Under the pieces are notes generated by a model. That model ran no database searches. It saw only the letters and a list, made by a program, of their open reading frames with translations, and was not told the DNA's origin. Of a stretch of DNA of 64,000 nt, positions 40,133 through 50,059 are shown piece by piece. Position 1 is the stretch's first letter, and each line of letters opens with the position of its first letter. The stretch comes from an uncultured virus (IMG/VR IMGVR_UViG_3300021960_000024). Taxonomy: Duplodnaviria > Heunggongvirae > Uroviricota > Caudoviricetes. A program made the position numbers and the translations under genes. Location: the IMG/VR virus record IMGVR_UViG_3300021960_000024; one strand, written 5' to 3'.

Positions 40133-40875
40133 TGATGAATAATATATTATGTATGAAGTGGGGAGATAAGTATGATGACTCCTATGTTGAGAAGTTAAAA
40201 GAACAGTGCGAGGCAAACTGTTCTGTCCCCTTTAAGTTCTGGTGTTTTACCGACAAGCCAGAAAAAGACTGGCACATTCCAATTCCAACTACACTAGATG
40301 AGTTTTATGATGAGGACCGTGGTTTCTTCTGGGCGTATCGTAAGTGTTATATGTTTAGACCTGATCTTATTAGTGGTGATGGTAAATCTTTCCCAGACAA
40401 TTCCAAGTTTCTTTTCCTTGATCTTGATGTTATCATTCATCAAGACTTAAAGTATTTCTTTGATTTACCTAACGACAAGCCTTGGATTGTTCGTGGGTGG
40501 TGGAATAATATTCATACTGTTAAACAAAACTATGCAAAGCATAAATCAACACCTCTTAATTCATCAGTCATAGTATGGAAGAAGGACCAGATGATGCCTG
40601 TGTGGAATCATGTTGTGAAACATCCCGAACTTGTTTTCTTTACATACCCAAGTTTGGATAACTACTTTGCCCACCATTGGTATGATCCTTGGAAAGAAGA
40701 TGAGGGATTTTTGCAAGGATTTCCACAAGGAGATATATATTCATGGTATAAGGGAAATATTTTTCCTGATGATATGGAGAAAAATAAAATAAGAGAAGAC
40801 CACAAAATTTGTTTGTTTAATAATAGTGCAGAAACTAGTGATGTTGAGGAGTTAAAATCGTTATGGAATATTTGA
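40132..40875 (+). CDS. Glycosyltransferase-like protein (GT-A fold)
   Basis: ILCMKWGDKY...YVEKL, F.CFTD, FLDLDVII (DxD), LNSSV, SWYKG. Confidence 0.78.
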   Translation: MMNNILCMKWGDKYDDSYVEKLKEQCEANCSVPFKFWCFTDKPEKDWHIPIPTTLDEFYDEDRGFFWAYRKCYMFRPDLISGDGKSFPDNSKFLFLDLDVIIHQDLKYFFDLPNDKPWIVRGWWNNIHTVKQNYAKHKSTPLNSSVIVWKKDQMMPVWNHVVKHPELVFFTYPSLDNYFAHHWYDPWKEDEGFLQGFPQGDIYSWYKGNIFPDDMEKNKIREDHKICLFNNSAETSDVEELKSLWNI

Positions 40876-41537
40876 AATTTACTCCAGAGTTAGCTCACGA
40901 TTGGAAAAACGCATTATCAACTTCAGAACCATATGTGTTCAAAAGAGTATTGGATTCCATGAACCGATCTCAATTAGAAAGTAAGTTGTGGATAATCCAA
41001 GAATTAATCAAGTTAGAAATTAAACCAAAAAGAGTTGCAATACTTGCTGGGTGGTACTCACAATATATCATTCCTCTTTTGATAGAACACGGTGTTGAGT
41101 TCATTTATAATTTTGAAATTGATCGTGACGCTAAAGACATATCTTACAAGTTTAATAAAAGATATAAGGATCAAGAGAAATACGAATGTCACATAACGGA
41201 TGTTATGTTTGAAAAAATTGCTAAAAAAGAAGAAAAGTTTGGAGTCTTTGATCTTATTATAAACACTTCCTGTGAACATATGTATCCCATGCATAGATTT
41301 CGTAAAATTAATACAAGTGTTTCTAGTGATGGTCACGGTTATGGTTCTGATGCGGTATTCGGTGGTGATCCAATATATGTTTTGCAATCTACAAACGAGG
41401 ATAAATATGAGGACCACATCAATTGCGTGAGTGGTCCAGAAGAACTTGCAGAACAGGCGAAACTGATTGATGTTGTATACAGCGGAACAAAGGTTCTGGA
41501 CAACGGCATGAACAGATTTATGGTGATTGGTAAATGA
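40863..41537 (+). CDS. Class I SAM-dependent methyltransferase-like protein
   Basis: QLESKLW, VAILAGWYS (motif I), FEID, IINTSCEHM, LQSTN, HINCV, RFMVIG. Confidence 0.75.
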   Translation: MEYLKFTPELAHDWKNALSTSEPYVFKRVLDSMNRSQLESKLWIIQELIKLEIKPKRVAILAGWYSQYIIPLLIEHGVEFIYNFEIDRDAKDISYKFNKRYKDQEKYECHITDVMFEKIAKKEEKFGVFDLIINTSCEHMYPMHRFRKINTSVSSDGHGYGSDAVFGGDPIYVLQSTNEDKYEDHINCVSGPEELAEQAKLIDVVYSGTKVLDNGMNRFMVIGK

Positions 41538-42232
41538 AAAAAAATAAAATCGTAGATTGGTGTAGAGATAATGATGTCTGGTATCTCAAGATGGACATAG
41601 AGATACCAGAGGTTTGCATTCAAGAAGCACAAGCAGTATATGATGAGGGGTTCTTTGTAGATCATAGATATGGTGATGGAGATGGTTGGTGTTCTGCGGC
41701 CATACACAGTTTTGTGGAGAAAGGTTCTGACCCATCACTAGGGTGGTATCACACAAAAAATCCAAATGGTCATGGATTAACTGAGGATACTGTTGATTGG
41801 GGATGGACAGAGGTTGCAGAGGTCGCACCTGAGACTAAAAGATGGTTGGAAGATTTTCCACACAGAAATTATCGACGTTTGCGATTTATGTTATTGGAAC
41901 CGAATGGAACAATTGAAGCACATAACGATTCAAATGAGAAAAGAGACAAAGAAGGTAGGACAAGAAACATTGCTGGCGCAATCAATCTAGCCTTCTATCA
42001 ACCAGAGAATTGTTATCTGAGACGCACAGACACAAAGGAAGAGTTGCCATTTGAAAACTGCACTGGGTTTTGGTTTGACAATGGCGTAAATCATGAAGCA
42101 TTAAATAGTTCAAACGAGAATAGGTTCCACTTCATTATGCACGGTGGTTTCAATAAGGAACGTGAAGAACTTATGAAGAGGTCGTTAGTCAAACAGTTTG
42201 GTAAAGATGTATTGAGAGAGATCAATGAATAG
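41534..42232 (+). CDS. Aspartyl/asparaginyl beta-hydroxylase-like oxygenase
   Basis: RLRFMLLEPNG.I..HND (HxD), FDNGVNH (distal His), N.S.ENRFHFI.H. Confidence 0.82.
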   Translation: MKKNKIVDWCRDNDVWYLKMDIEIPEVCIQEAQAVYDEGFFVDHRYGDGDGWCSAAIHSFVEKGSDPSLGWYHTKNPNGHGLTEDTVDWGWTEVAEVAPETKRWLEDFPHRNYRRLRFMLLEPNGTIEAHNDSNEKRDKEGRTRNIAGAINLAFYQPENCYLRRTDTKEELPFENCTGFWFDNGVNHEALNSSNENRFHFIMHGGFNKEREELMKRSLVKQFGKDVLREINE

Positions 42233-43511
42233 CTTTGATGAATTTGTTACCCTGTGGGTGGGTGAAACACATAATAAAAAAATATACAAGAGATTTAAAG
42301 ATATGTTGTTTCTGGTAGTTTATCCAGACAAACTAAAGTGGGATTTTGGAATAGAGAAACAAACCCAAACTACTACATTTATGATTTCTGGTGGGGCAAC
42401 TGGTTCGGGTACTGGACACGATGTTCATTTTTGTTATAGAAGTGAAGTTCATGATGTTCTTTTAAATTGTGATCATACCCATGCTATGATTGTATCAGTT
42501 GGTATGGTATTTGATATGGTATCTGGTGGTCCAGAGAAAAGACAAACACCGATAACAGACTTCTATGATTTTGTGGAGAGTGGTAAGTTTTGCAAAGCAC
42601 ACATAATGGCAAAACCAGACCGTAAAGCATATTTTCACCATCAACATATGAATTTAAATTTGACAATGTGGAAGGATATTGGAGCTCCAGATATGTCTGA
42701 TAGATATGATGTTATTAAACGATCCCCCGACAATTTCCATGATGACTATACCCCGCCATGGATTGAGATAGAAGGGATGCCTACTATCACGAATTTTACC
42801 CATTCTGAAAGATCAAGGAAATCTTTTTCATATTATAGAGATCATCAGACTGAAGCTTGGAAAGACCTTGATAATGTAGATTTAAATGACTACTATTTTA
42901 GTAGATTTATGACAAGAATACGAAAACAATTTTATATAGAGAATACAGAAAGAGTTGGAGAACTACCCACGGAAAAATTTGATATTATATTTTCTACTAC
43001 GGCAGGTCAACGTGCTGCACTAATTGTAGACAGATTGGATTTTGACGGTGAGGTTGTGTTGTTTGATTATTGTCAAGAAAATTTGGATATAAAACAAATG
43101 ATTGTAGAAATGAACATGTCTTTAAAGGAAATTGGTTATTACAGTAAAAGACTTACTCACAATATGGTAATGCCTGATTCTATTTCATCTAAAAATGCAA
43201 AGCGAGATATGCCTGCATTTGAAGATTTGAGAAAATTAGAACAAAAAATGCACAATGATTATGACATTGAATACTGGTTGATGGACTTGATATCACCAAA
43301 TTATGACAGACTCTTGAAAAAAATTAAAGGTAAAACTATATTTTTTGACGCAACTAACATTTTCTGTTATCACATGTCACACGCATATTATACTCTAGAT
43401 GAATTGGTGAATGCGTATAATAACTTACTGGATGTTTTAAAACACGCAGATGGAGCTTATTTACGAGGATGGACTCCAACAAAACAGAGATATGATAAAT
43501 GGATATCGTAG
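42225..43511 (+). CDS. Hypothetical enzyme-like protein (possible transferase)
   Basis: 428 aa; FHDDYTPPW; C-terminal half has a Rossmann-like pattern (TTAG...VVLFDY). Function not determined. Confidence 0.5.
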   Translation: MNSFDEFVTLWVGETHNKKIYKRFKDMLFLVVYPDKLKWDFGIEKQTQTTTFMISGGATGSGTGHDVHFCYRSEVHDVLLNCDHTHAMIVSVGMVFDMVSGGPEKRQTPITDFYDFVESGKFCKAHIMAKPDRKAYFHHQHMNLNLTMWKDIGAPDMSDRYDVIKRSPDNFHDDYTPPWIEIEGMPTITNFTHSERSRKSFSYYRDHQTEAWKDLDNVDLNDYYFSRFMTRIRKQFYIENTERVGELPTEKFDIIFSTTAGQRAALIVDRLDFDGEVVLFDYCQENLDIKQMIVEMNMSLKEIGYYSKRLTHNMVMPDSISSKNAKRDMPAFEDLRKLEQKMHNDYDIEYWLMDLISPNYDRLLKKIKGKTIFFDATNIFCYHMSHAYYTLDELVNAYNNLLDVLKHADGAYLRGWTPTKQRYDKWIS

Positions 43512-44203
43512 CAGTTCGTATCGGTGATAAGTATGGTCCAGAGTATGAGACATACCTAGAGAACAAGTTACCAGAGTATAACTTTATCTGGGTTCATGAA
43601 CCATATCATCCAGACGTAACTTTGCAGTGGAACAAGATGTGGGGTATGCAGATGGACACTGATGAACCTATCTGTGTAATGGACATTGATATTTTGCTTG
43701 TGGGTGAATATAAAAAGGTATTTGACTATCCAATAAAGCCGGGACAGTTTCTTGCAATGCCGGGGTGGTGGAGAAATGATTCCGACACTTATGAGATTAA
43801 TGGTGGGTTCTTTAAATACTACCCAAAGGAATGCAAATATATCTATGATAAGTTCATGGAAGACATTCATCATTGGCAACAATTCTATATTAAGAATGGA
43901 CAGACTAGTGGGCCTGTTAATGGTGAACAATACTTTGTAGAGGATAACTTGAGGGAAAGACTAGAATTGATCACACTACCTAAAGAGTGGTTTACCAGAT
44001 GGGTTGCTGATGATAAAGTAATTGATTTTAAAAATAACAGAACTTGGCAATACAAAATGACTGAGAGATATAAAAAGGTGACAGGAAACGATTGGATATA
44101 TATGGGTGGGGAGTTTCATCCTGATATAAAGTTTGTGCATTTCACAAACCACAGAAACAAACCACATGAATGGAGAGACTATGAAAGTTTTCGCAGCAAC
44201 TAG
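43499..44203 (+). CDS. Second glycosyltransferase-like protein (GT-A fold)
   Basis: VRIGDKYGPEY, WNKM, VMDIDIL (DxD), INGGF, GEQ, FVHFT...KPHE. Confidence 0.78.
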   Translation: MDIVAVRIGDKYGPEYETYLENKLPEYNFIWVHEPYHPDVTLQWNKMWGMQMDTDEPICVMDIDILLVGEYKKVFDYPIKPGQFLAMPGWWRNDSDTYEINGGFFKYYPKECKYIYDKFMEDIHHWQQFYIKNGQTSGPVNGEQYFVEDNLRERLELITLPKEWFTRWVADDKVIDFKNNRTWQYKMTERYKKVTGNDWIYMGGEFHPDIKFVHFTNHRNKPHEWRDYESFRSN

Positions 44204-44951
44204 CTCTTCCTCAGATAGTGTCGCTATGTTGTACAAACTTCTCACTGAAACTAAAGATGATGTGATATCAAGGATACTTCACCTAGACGCATCTGATCAG
44301 GATTTAGCACAGTATCCTATTGTCTGTAATTGGTTGAAAGAAAATGTTCGTGATTTTGATTTTGATTTTTCAGAGTTTGAAGATCGTGCTAGTGATACCA
44401 TGTTAGAAACTATAAGATCAAAAAATTATAATGTTGCATTGTTGTCAGAGACGCACGATGTTGATTTGATATGTCTTGGTATAAATACATATAATTGGAG
44501 TCATTCTACTTGGTATTTTCAAACGACAGAACCGATTGAAAATTTTTATGCAAAAGGCAATCTATATTCTAGAGTAGATCATTCCATTCTTAGAGATTAC
44601 ACAGATATCCCTATCGACTGGCCGTTGATGAATCGTAAAACTAAACCTATGGGTCGGTGGCAAACGTGGGAATCTTTACCACAGGAACTACAAAAATTAG
44701 TTTCTCAATGTCCTTGTGGAAAGTGTGCTAAATGTAAATGTCTGGATTGGTATAATAAAAAGAAAAATGAAGGATTTAATGCAGAAGAGCTTGATGATCT
44801 TATTATGAAAGAAGGAAAATACGGAAAATATTACACAAAAGAGGGTATTACAGAAACCAGACATGATGCTTATGCAGATCAGAAATTTCCAGTTTGGAGT
44901 CCGGCAACACCCAGTTATCAAGCATTACCACCAAAACCTCACAATAAGTGA
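44181..44951 (+). CDS. Degenerate PP-loop / QueC-like protein
   Basis: MKVFAATSSSSDSVAMLY (degenerate SGGxDS), WPL...K, CPCGKCAKC Zn-like motif; start at 44181 (GGAGAG RBS). Confidence 0.62.
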   Translation: MKVFAATSSSSDSVAMLYKLLTETKDDVISRILHLDASDQDLAQYPIVCNWLKENVRDFDFDFSEFEDRASDTMLETIRSKNYNVALLSETHDVDLICLGINTYNWSHSTWYFQTTEPIENFYAKGNLYSRVDHSILRDYTDIPIDWPLMNRKTKPMGRWQTWESLPQELQKLVSQCPCGKCAKCKCLDWYNKKKNEGFNAEELDDLIMKEGKYGKYYTKEGITETRHDAYADQKFPVWSPATPSYQALPPKPHNK

Positions 44952-44972
44952 TATCCTACATAAACCAAATGT

Positions 44973-44980
44973 TATAAATA
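44973..44980 (+). promoter_or_regulatory. T4-type late promoter
   Basis: TATAAATA upstream of gp13. Confidence 0.8.
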
Positions 44981-44999
44981 TATAAAAAAGGATATCTTC

Positions 45000-45821
45000 A
45001 TGGCCATACCTACAAGTAAATCAACATTCAAAGATTATTGTTTTAGGGCACTAGGTTCTGGTGTCATTGATATTAATGTATCAGATGATCAGGCAGATGA
45101 CCGTATTGATGAAGCACTACAATTCTTTGCACAGTATCACTATGACGGTATTGAGAAGATGTATCTCAAACATCTTATTACCGAGGAAGATGTCGCAAGA
45201 GGAAAAGCAAATATTTCCTCAACTGGAACGGATTCAGCTGACAGTACTATTACTGATACATTTTTAGAAGGTACTAATTTTATCCCAATGCCTTCTGCTG
45301 TTATTTCGGTTATACAGGTTTGGCCGTTCACTGATACTGGCGGTGGTAGTAGTATGTTTGATGTTAAATATCAATTACGTCTTAATGACTTGTATGACCT
45401 ATCATCTACATCTGTTATTCAGTATCAGATGGCTATGGACAACCTCGACCTTCTGGAACACATCCTTGTTGGTGAACAACCAATTCGATATAGTCAACAT
45501 CAGAATCGTTTATACATAGATGCTGATTGGTCGAACGCTTTTACTGCTGGACAAGACTATATTATTGTAGAATGTTATCGCAAAATAGACCCAGCAACGT
45601 ATACAGATATCTTTGACGATATATTTCTCAAGAGATATGCAACCACACTAATCAAACAACAGTGGGGTGCAAACCTATCTAAATTCAGTGGTGTTGCAAT
45701 GCTTGGTGGTGTTACTATGAATGGAGAAACTATCTATACACAGGCATTAGAGGAGAAAAATAAGTTAGAGGAACAAATCCAACTTACGTTTGAGTTGCCA
45801 GTTAATTACATGATAGGATAA
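45000..45821 (+). CDS. gp13: Neck protein gp13
   Basis: YC.RALG..VIDINVSDDQ..DRIDEALQ, YHYDG, LKRYAT.LIKQQWG.NLSKF.G..M.GGVTMNG. Confidence 0.95.
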   Translation: MAIPTSKSTFKDYCFRALGSGVIDINVSDDQADDRIDEALQFFAQYHYDGIEKMYLKHLITEEDVARGKANISSTGTDSADSTITDTFLEGTNFIPMPSAVISVIQVWPFTDTGGGSSMFDVKYQLRLNDLYDLSSTSVIQYQMAMDNLDLLEHILVGEQPIRYSQHQNRLYIDADWSNAFTAGQDYIIVECYRKIDPATYTDIFDDIFLKRYATTLIKQQWGANLSKFSGVAMLGGVTMNGETIYTQALEEKNKLEEQIQLTFELPVNYMIG

Positions 45822-45824
45822 TTC

Positions 45825-46781
45825 ATGGCCGTTAATAAACATTTTCATACGAGCGGCGTATCTGCAATTGCATCTGAACAATCTTTATATGCTAACTTGG
45901 TTACAGAAGCTATTCACCATAGGGGTCATGATGTGTATTATCTTGACCGTACACTTGTTGCTGAAGACAATGTTCTTGGTGAGGATTCTCTGTCTAAATT
46001 TAATACACAATCTTCTATTGAAATGTACATGGAAGACTCTGGTGGTGGGTTTGCAGGAGAACGTGAGCTTATGTCTCAGTTTGGTTTGCAAAACCTTAGT
46101 GAAGCAACTTTCGTTGTAAGTAAAACAAAGTTTCAAGAAAAAACAAAACAATTACAAATAGAAACGGCAACAGACTCAACATCATCTGGTTCTATCCAAT
46201 TGGAATCTGGTACGGTATCTGATAGTCAAATATCCTATATTCTAAACGAAACTGATGCAACTGATGCTGACAGGCCATTTGAGGGTGATGCAATTTATCA
46301 CCCAACACTAAAGAAATTGTTTCAGATTAACTTTGTTGATCATGATAATCCTTTTCACCAGTTAGATAGTAATCCTGTTTATAAATTAAAATGTCGTCTG
46401 TTTGATTATGGTTCAGAAGAACTCAGTACTGGTATTGCTGAAATTGATGCAATCGCAGGCGATCTATCAATTTCAAATTCTGATTTTCAGTTTACACTTG
46501 AAAATGAAAGTATTATTGGTCAGCCACTTACAATAGGTATGAGTGGATTTACTTTAGATGCAACGAATGTTACCCTTGACCAAACACAAATTAACGAAGA
46601 CCCAGATTCATATGGTGAAAGGTTAATACTTGAAAATGGTAGTTTCCTTATATCGGAAGAATATATAATTGGTGATGGTGTCACTGATAAAACTGCTCAG
46701 AACGAGTTGTTTGATGACTTAGATGATACTGTTCTAGACTTTAGTGAGTCAAATCCATTTGGTGATGCAGGAGGATTATAA
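45825..46781 (+). CDS. gp14: Neck protein gp14, copy 1
   Basis: EQ.LY.NLV.EAI...G.DVYYL.R, IEMY, QFGL, RP.EGD.IY.P, F.I.FV.H..PF.QL, LDFSESNPFG. Confidence 0.92.
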   Translation: MAVNKHFHTSGVSAIASEQSLYANLVTEAIHHRGHDVYYLDRTLVAEDNVLGEDSLSKFNTQSSIEMYMEDSGGGFAGERELMSQFGLQNLSEATFVVSKTKFQEKTKQLQIETATDSTSSGSIQLESGTVSDSQISYILNETDATDADRPFEGDAIYHPTLKKLFQINFVDHDNPFHQLDSNPVYKLKCRLFDYGSEELSTGIAEIDAIAGDLSISNSDFQFTLENESIIGQPLTIGMSGFTLDATNVTLDQTQINEDPDSYGERLILENGSFLISEEYIIGDGVTDKTAQNELFDDLDDTVLDFSESNPFGDAGGL

Positions 46782-47623
46782 TGACTACAGGACAAGTTAT
46801 TTCATCTGAACAATCACTATATGCAAACTTGATTGCAGAAGCAATTCAAATTCACGGACATGATGTATATTATCTTGACCGCACACTGGTTGCAGAAGAT
46901 ACAGTTCTGGGAGAGGATTCTTTATCTAAGTTTAACACTCAGGCTCCTATAGAAATGTATATGGAAAATTCTGATGGTGGATATGCGGGTGAACAAGAAG
47001 TGATAACTCAGTTTGGTTTAGAAAATCTAAGTGAAGCAACTTTTGTAGTTAGTAAGGTAAGATTTCAAGAAAAGACAAAACAAATACAAATTGAAGATGG
47101 TACAGATTCAACATCGTCTGGTTCAATTCTTTTAGAATCTGGGTCAATAGCAACATCTAAACTGGAAGGCGAAACATTTTATATTCTAAATGAAACGGAT
47201 GCGACTGATGCTGATAGACCTTTAGAGGGTGACGCAATTTATCATCCACTACTTAAAAAATTATTTGAAATTAACTTTGTAGATCATGATGATCCTTTTC
47301 ATCAACTTGATACCAATCCAGTATATAAAATGCGATGCCGACTGTTTGATTATGGTTCAGAAGCACTCGACACAGGTATTACAGATATTGATGCGATTGA
47401 AGATTCTCTCTCAATTGCAAGTCATCAATTAAATCTTGAGGACGAAACAGGAAGTATTCTACTTGAAACTGGTGGTGACGAATATATTATACAGGAAGAC
47501 TATATAGTAGGTGATGGAGTAACGGATAAGACAGCTCAAAATGAGTTGTTTGAAACATTGGATGATACGATACTGGACTTCAGTGAATCGAATCCATTTG
47601 GTGATGCAGGGAGTGCAGATTAA
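46781..47623 (+). CDS. gp14: Neck protein gp14, copy 2 (tandem paralogue)
   Basis: Same motif series as 45825-46781, intact, with TAATG coupling. Confidence 0.9.
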   Translation: MTTGQVISSEQSLYANLIAEAIQIHGHDVYYLDRTLVAEDTVLGEDSLSKFNTQAPIEMYMENSDGGYAGEQEVITQFGLENLSEATFVVSKVRFQEKTKQIQIEDGTDSTSSGSILLESGSIATSKLEGETFYILNETDATDADRPLEGDAIYHPLLKKLFEINFVDHDDPFHQLDTNPVYKMRCRLFDYGSEALDTGITDIDAIEDSLSIASHQLNLEDETGSILLETGGDEYIIQEDYIVGDGVTDKTAQNELFETLDDTILDFSESNPFGDAGSAD

Positions 47624-47639
47624 TGAAGGAGACGGTATA

Positions 47640-48440
47640 ATGTTGGGAACCCAGTTCTACCACGAAACAATACGCAACATCGTTGTTGGTTTCGGAACAA
47701 TTTTTAATAATATTCAATTAGTTCGTAAGGATAACTCTGGTGTAATTCAACAGACCATGAAAGTGCCTTTGGCATATGGTCCAAGACAGAAGTTTCTTGT
47801 TCGTCTTGCTGATGATGCAGACCTGAGTAAAGCTGCTGCGGTTACTTTACCTCGTATTGGTTTCGAAATTACGGGTCTTACATATGATCCCGGCCGAAAA
47901 TTAAATCGTGTGCAGAAGTTTAAAAAAGTTAAGGGCGATAAGTCAGAACAGTTAGACACGCAATATATGCCTGTTCCTTATAATATTGATTTTGAACTTT
48001 ACATTCTTGCAAAACAGTCGGATGATGCTCTACAAATTGTTGAACAAATTCTTCCTTACTTTCAACCAGACTACACGATCACGATGAATGATAACGCTGA
48101 TATGGGTGTCAAAAAAGACATTCCCGTTATTCTCAACAGTATTTCTTACGAGGATGATTATCAGGGAGACTTTACGACAAGAAGAGCTATCATTTATACA
48201 TTGTCTTTCACATGTAAATTTTATCTCTATGGTCCTGTTACATCCAGTAAGGTTATCAAGACGGTACAGGTTGATGCATACACTGATATGCCTGACCAAT
48301 CACCAACACGACAACAGAGACTTACTGTCACGCCAAACCCAACCAGTGCTGATGCTGATGACGATTTTGGTTTCAATGAGGTTCATTCTTTCTTTGAAGA
48401 TGCGAAGACTCACAATCCAGTGACGGGTGAGGATGAGTGA
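47640..48440 (+). CDS. gp15: Tail sheath stabiliser / terminator gp15
   Basis: MLG..FYHETIR..VVGFGTIFNNI, KVPLAYGP.QKFL, LPRIGFE, QIVEQILPYFQP; start at 47640. Confidence 0.95.
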   Translation: MLGTQFYHETIRNIVVGFGTIFNNIQLVRKDNSGVIQQTMKVPLAYGPRQKFLVRLADDADLSKAAAVTLPRIGFEITGLTYDPGRKLNRVQKFKKVKGDKSEQLDTQYMPVPYNIDFELYILAKQSDDALQIVEQILPYFQPDYTITMNDNADMGVKKDIPVILNSISYEDDYQGDFTTRRAIIYTLSFTCKFYLYGPVTSSKVIKTVQVDAYTDMPDQSPTRQQRLTVTPNPTSADADDDFGFNEVHSFFEDAKTHNPVTGEDE

Positions 48441-49257
48441 TAACATGTTTCATTATGCAGATGTGCCTTTATCGGTAATTGATAATCTAATAAATTTAGA
48501 AGAAGAGTTACAAGTATTAAATCGGACTCGAAAATTTGCGTATGAAAGTAAAGAAAATTATTTGGGATATAGAAAAATATCCGACAGTGGGTTGCCAATA
48601 GATAAAATGAGTGATTCAATGCAGGGTCACACTAATTTAGAAATTTTCACTGAAGATGAAAAGGATAGTTCACGCAAACTTTTCAATGAAATTCTAAAAC
48701 CAATTATTGGATATGAACCAAATACTCAAGGTAGGTATGGGTATTACAAAGAACCAATTCATATACACAATGATGGTGAAAATTATCTGGGCGATGATTG
48801 GAAATCGCATAACAGAACAGGACAAAAACCTCGGCCTGCAAACACAACAATATTCTTTCCACTAAGATGTTACAAAGAAGATGGAAGTACGGGAACAACT
48901 GAGACTGTATACTTTGATCAAAAAACTCCTTGGTCTGCAAAATCTGGAATTGATATTGAGAATGACGATCAAAAGTTTTATAGAAAACATGGCACAACTG
49001 GGTGGCAATTAGATTATGATTACAGTGATTTAGTAGGATACACTAACAAACCTTTTGATTCAGATGTTTGGGTAGAACACCTACAACACCACCCAATTGA
49101 GATGTTACATGGGTTTAGTTTTGCAGCATCTATTCCTTGGAATATTGGTCAGGTTTTGATGTTTGAGACTTCAAGAATTCACTGTAGTTCTTATATGGAA
49201 GATTGTTTTGGTAAAGACTGTTTTCTTGTGAAGGTCAACACAAATTTATGGAATTGA
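48433..49257 (+). CDS. Hypothetical protein, probable 2OG-Fe(II)/cupin-type oxygenase
   Basis: IHIHND (HxD), IFFPL, W..GQVLMFE..RIHCSS (distal His). Confidence 0.6.
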   Translation: MSDNMFHYADVPLSVIDNLINLEEELQVLNRTRKFAYESKENYLGYRKISDSGLPIDKMSDSMQGHTNLEIFTEDEKDSSRKLFNEILKPIIGYEPNTQGRYGYYKEPIHIHNDGENYLGDDWKSHNRTGQKPRPANTTIFFPLRCYKEDGSTGTTETVYFDQKTPWSAKSGIDIENDDQKFYRKHGTTGWQLDYDYSDLVGYTNKPFDSDVWVEHLQHHPIEMLHGFSFAASIPWNIGQVLMFETSRIHCSSYMEDCFGKDCFLVKVNTNLWN

Positions 49258-49260
49258 ACC

Positions 49261-50043
49261 ATGAAAATACTCATACCATTTTCAGGCGGTATCAACTCTA
49301 CATACTCACTTTATCGTTGGTTAACTGAAACTGACGCTGATGTTTTTGTTCGATATGGATTTGATCAATTTGAAAATGATGACTACCGTTCAGAAGAACT
49401 TGAGAGAGTTCAAAATGTATCACACTTCCTCAAAAAACAATATCGTAATTTTAATTTAGAAATGGGTGAGTTTCCCAAAAAATATGTCGAAGAGCGTATT
49501 CCTATTCGGTCAGGATTTAAAAAAGGAAAATTTAATATTGGTGCGCTTAAGCCAAGATATTTTGGAATTACTAAATGGTGTTTTGAAACCAATGTTGATG
49601 CAGTATCAATTGGTGTGTCTTTAGAAAATACCTCAACACAGGGTTATGAATTGAGTCGTCGGGAATCTGGTATTGAAAATATTGGTGTTGATATATATTT
49701 GGGCGGTGTGCGAGAGTTAGTTCCAGTGTCCACTGGAGATGATTTCAACTATGATGAGATTGCAAAACATATGGTGGGTCGGTTTGAACAATATGAGTTC
49801 TTACCAAAAGAGTTGCGAGATTTGTGTGTTAGATATAATTCAGAGAGTCGTAATGGGCGTGAAATGGCCTATTGGAGAACCTATAAAATATTTGTTGAAG
49901 AGGGCAAGACAGGAAGAGACTTTGATTTGTATTGTGCCAAACACGGCAGCTATGGTCCTTGGAGACATGAAGCTGATCCAGAAACTTATATGTATAGGGG
50001 TCGAGGTGAGGATGGAAATTTACATTATTTACTTTATGAATAA
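49261..50043 (+). CDS. PP-loop (adenine nucleotide alpha-hydrolase / QueC-like) protein
   Basis: MKILIPFSGGINST N-terminal PP-loop; paralogue of 50060-50872. Confidence 0.7.
   Translation: MKILIPFSGGINSTYSLYRWLTETDADVFVRYGFDQFENDDYRSEELERVQNVSHFLKKQYRNFNLEMGEFPKKYVEERIPIRSGFKKGKFNIGALKPRYFGITKWCFETNVDAVSIGVSLENTSTQGYELSRRESGIENIGVDIYLGGVRELVPVSTGDDFNYDEIAKHMVGRFEQYEFLPKELRDLCVRYNSESRNGREMAYWRTYKIFVEEGKTGRDFDLYCAKHGSYGPWRHEADPETYMYRGRGEDGNLHYLLYE
49870..49989 (+). repeat. 120-bp exact direct repeat, copy 1
   Basis: Identical to 50675-50794 (TATTGGAGAACC...GAAACTTAT). Confidence 0.92.
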
Positions 50044-50059
50044 GGAAGGTTTTTGAAAA

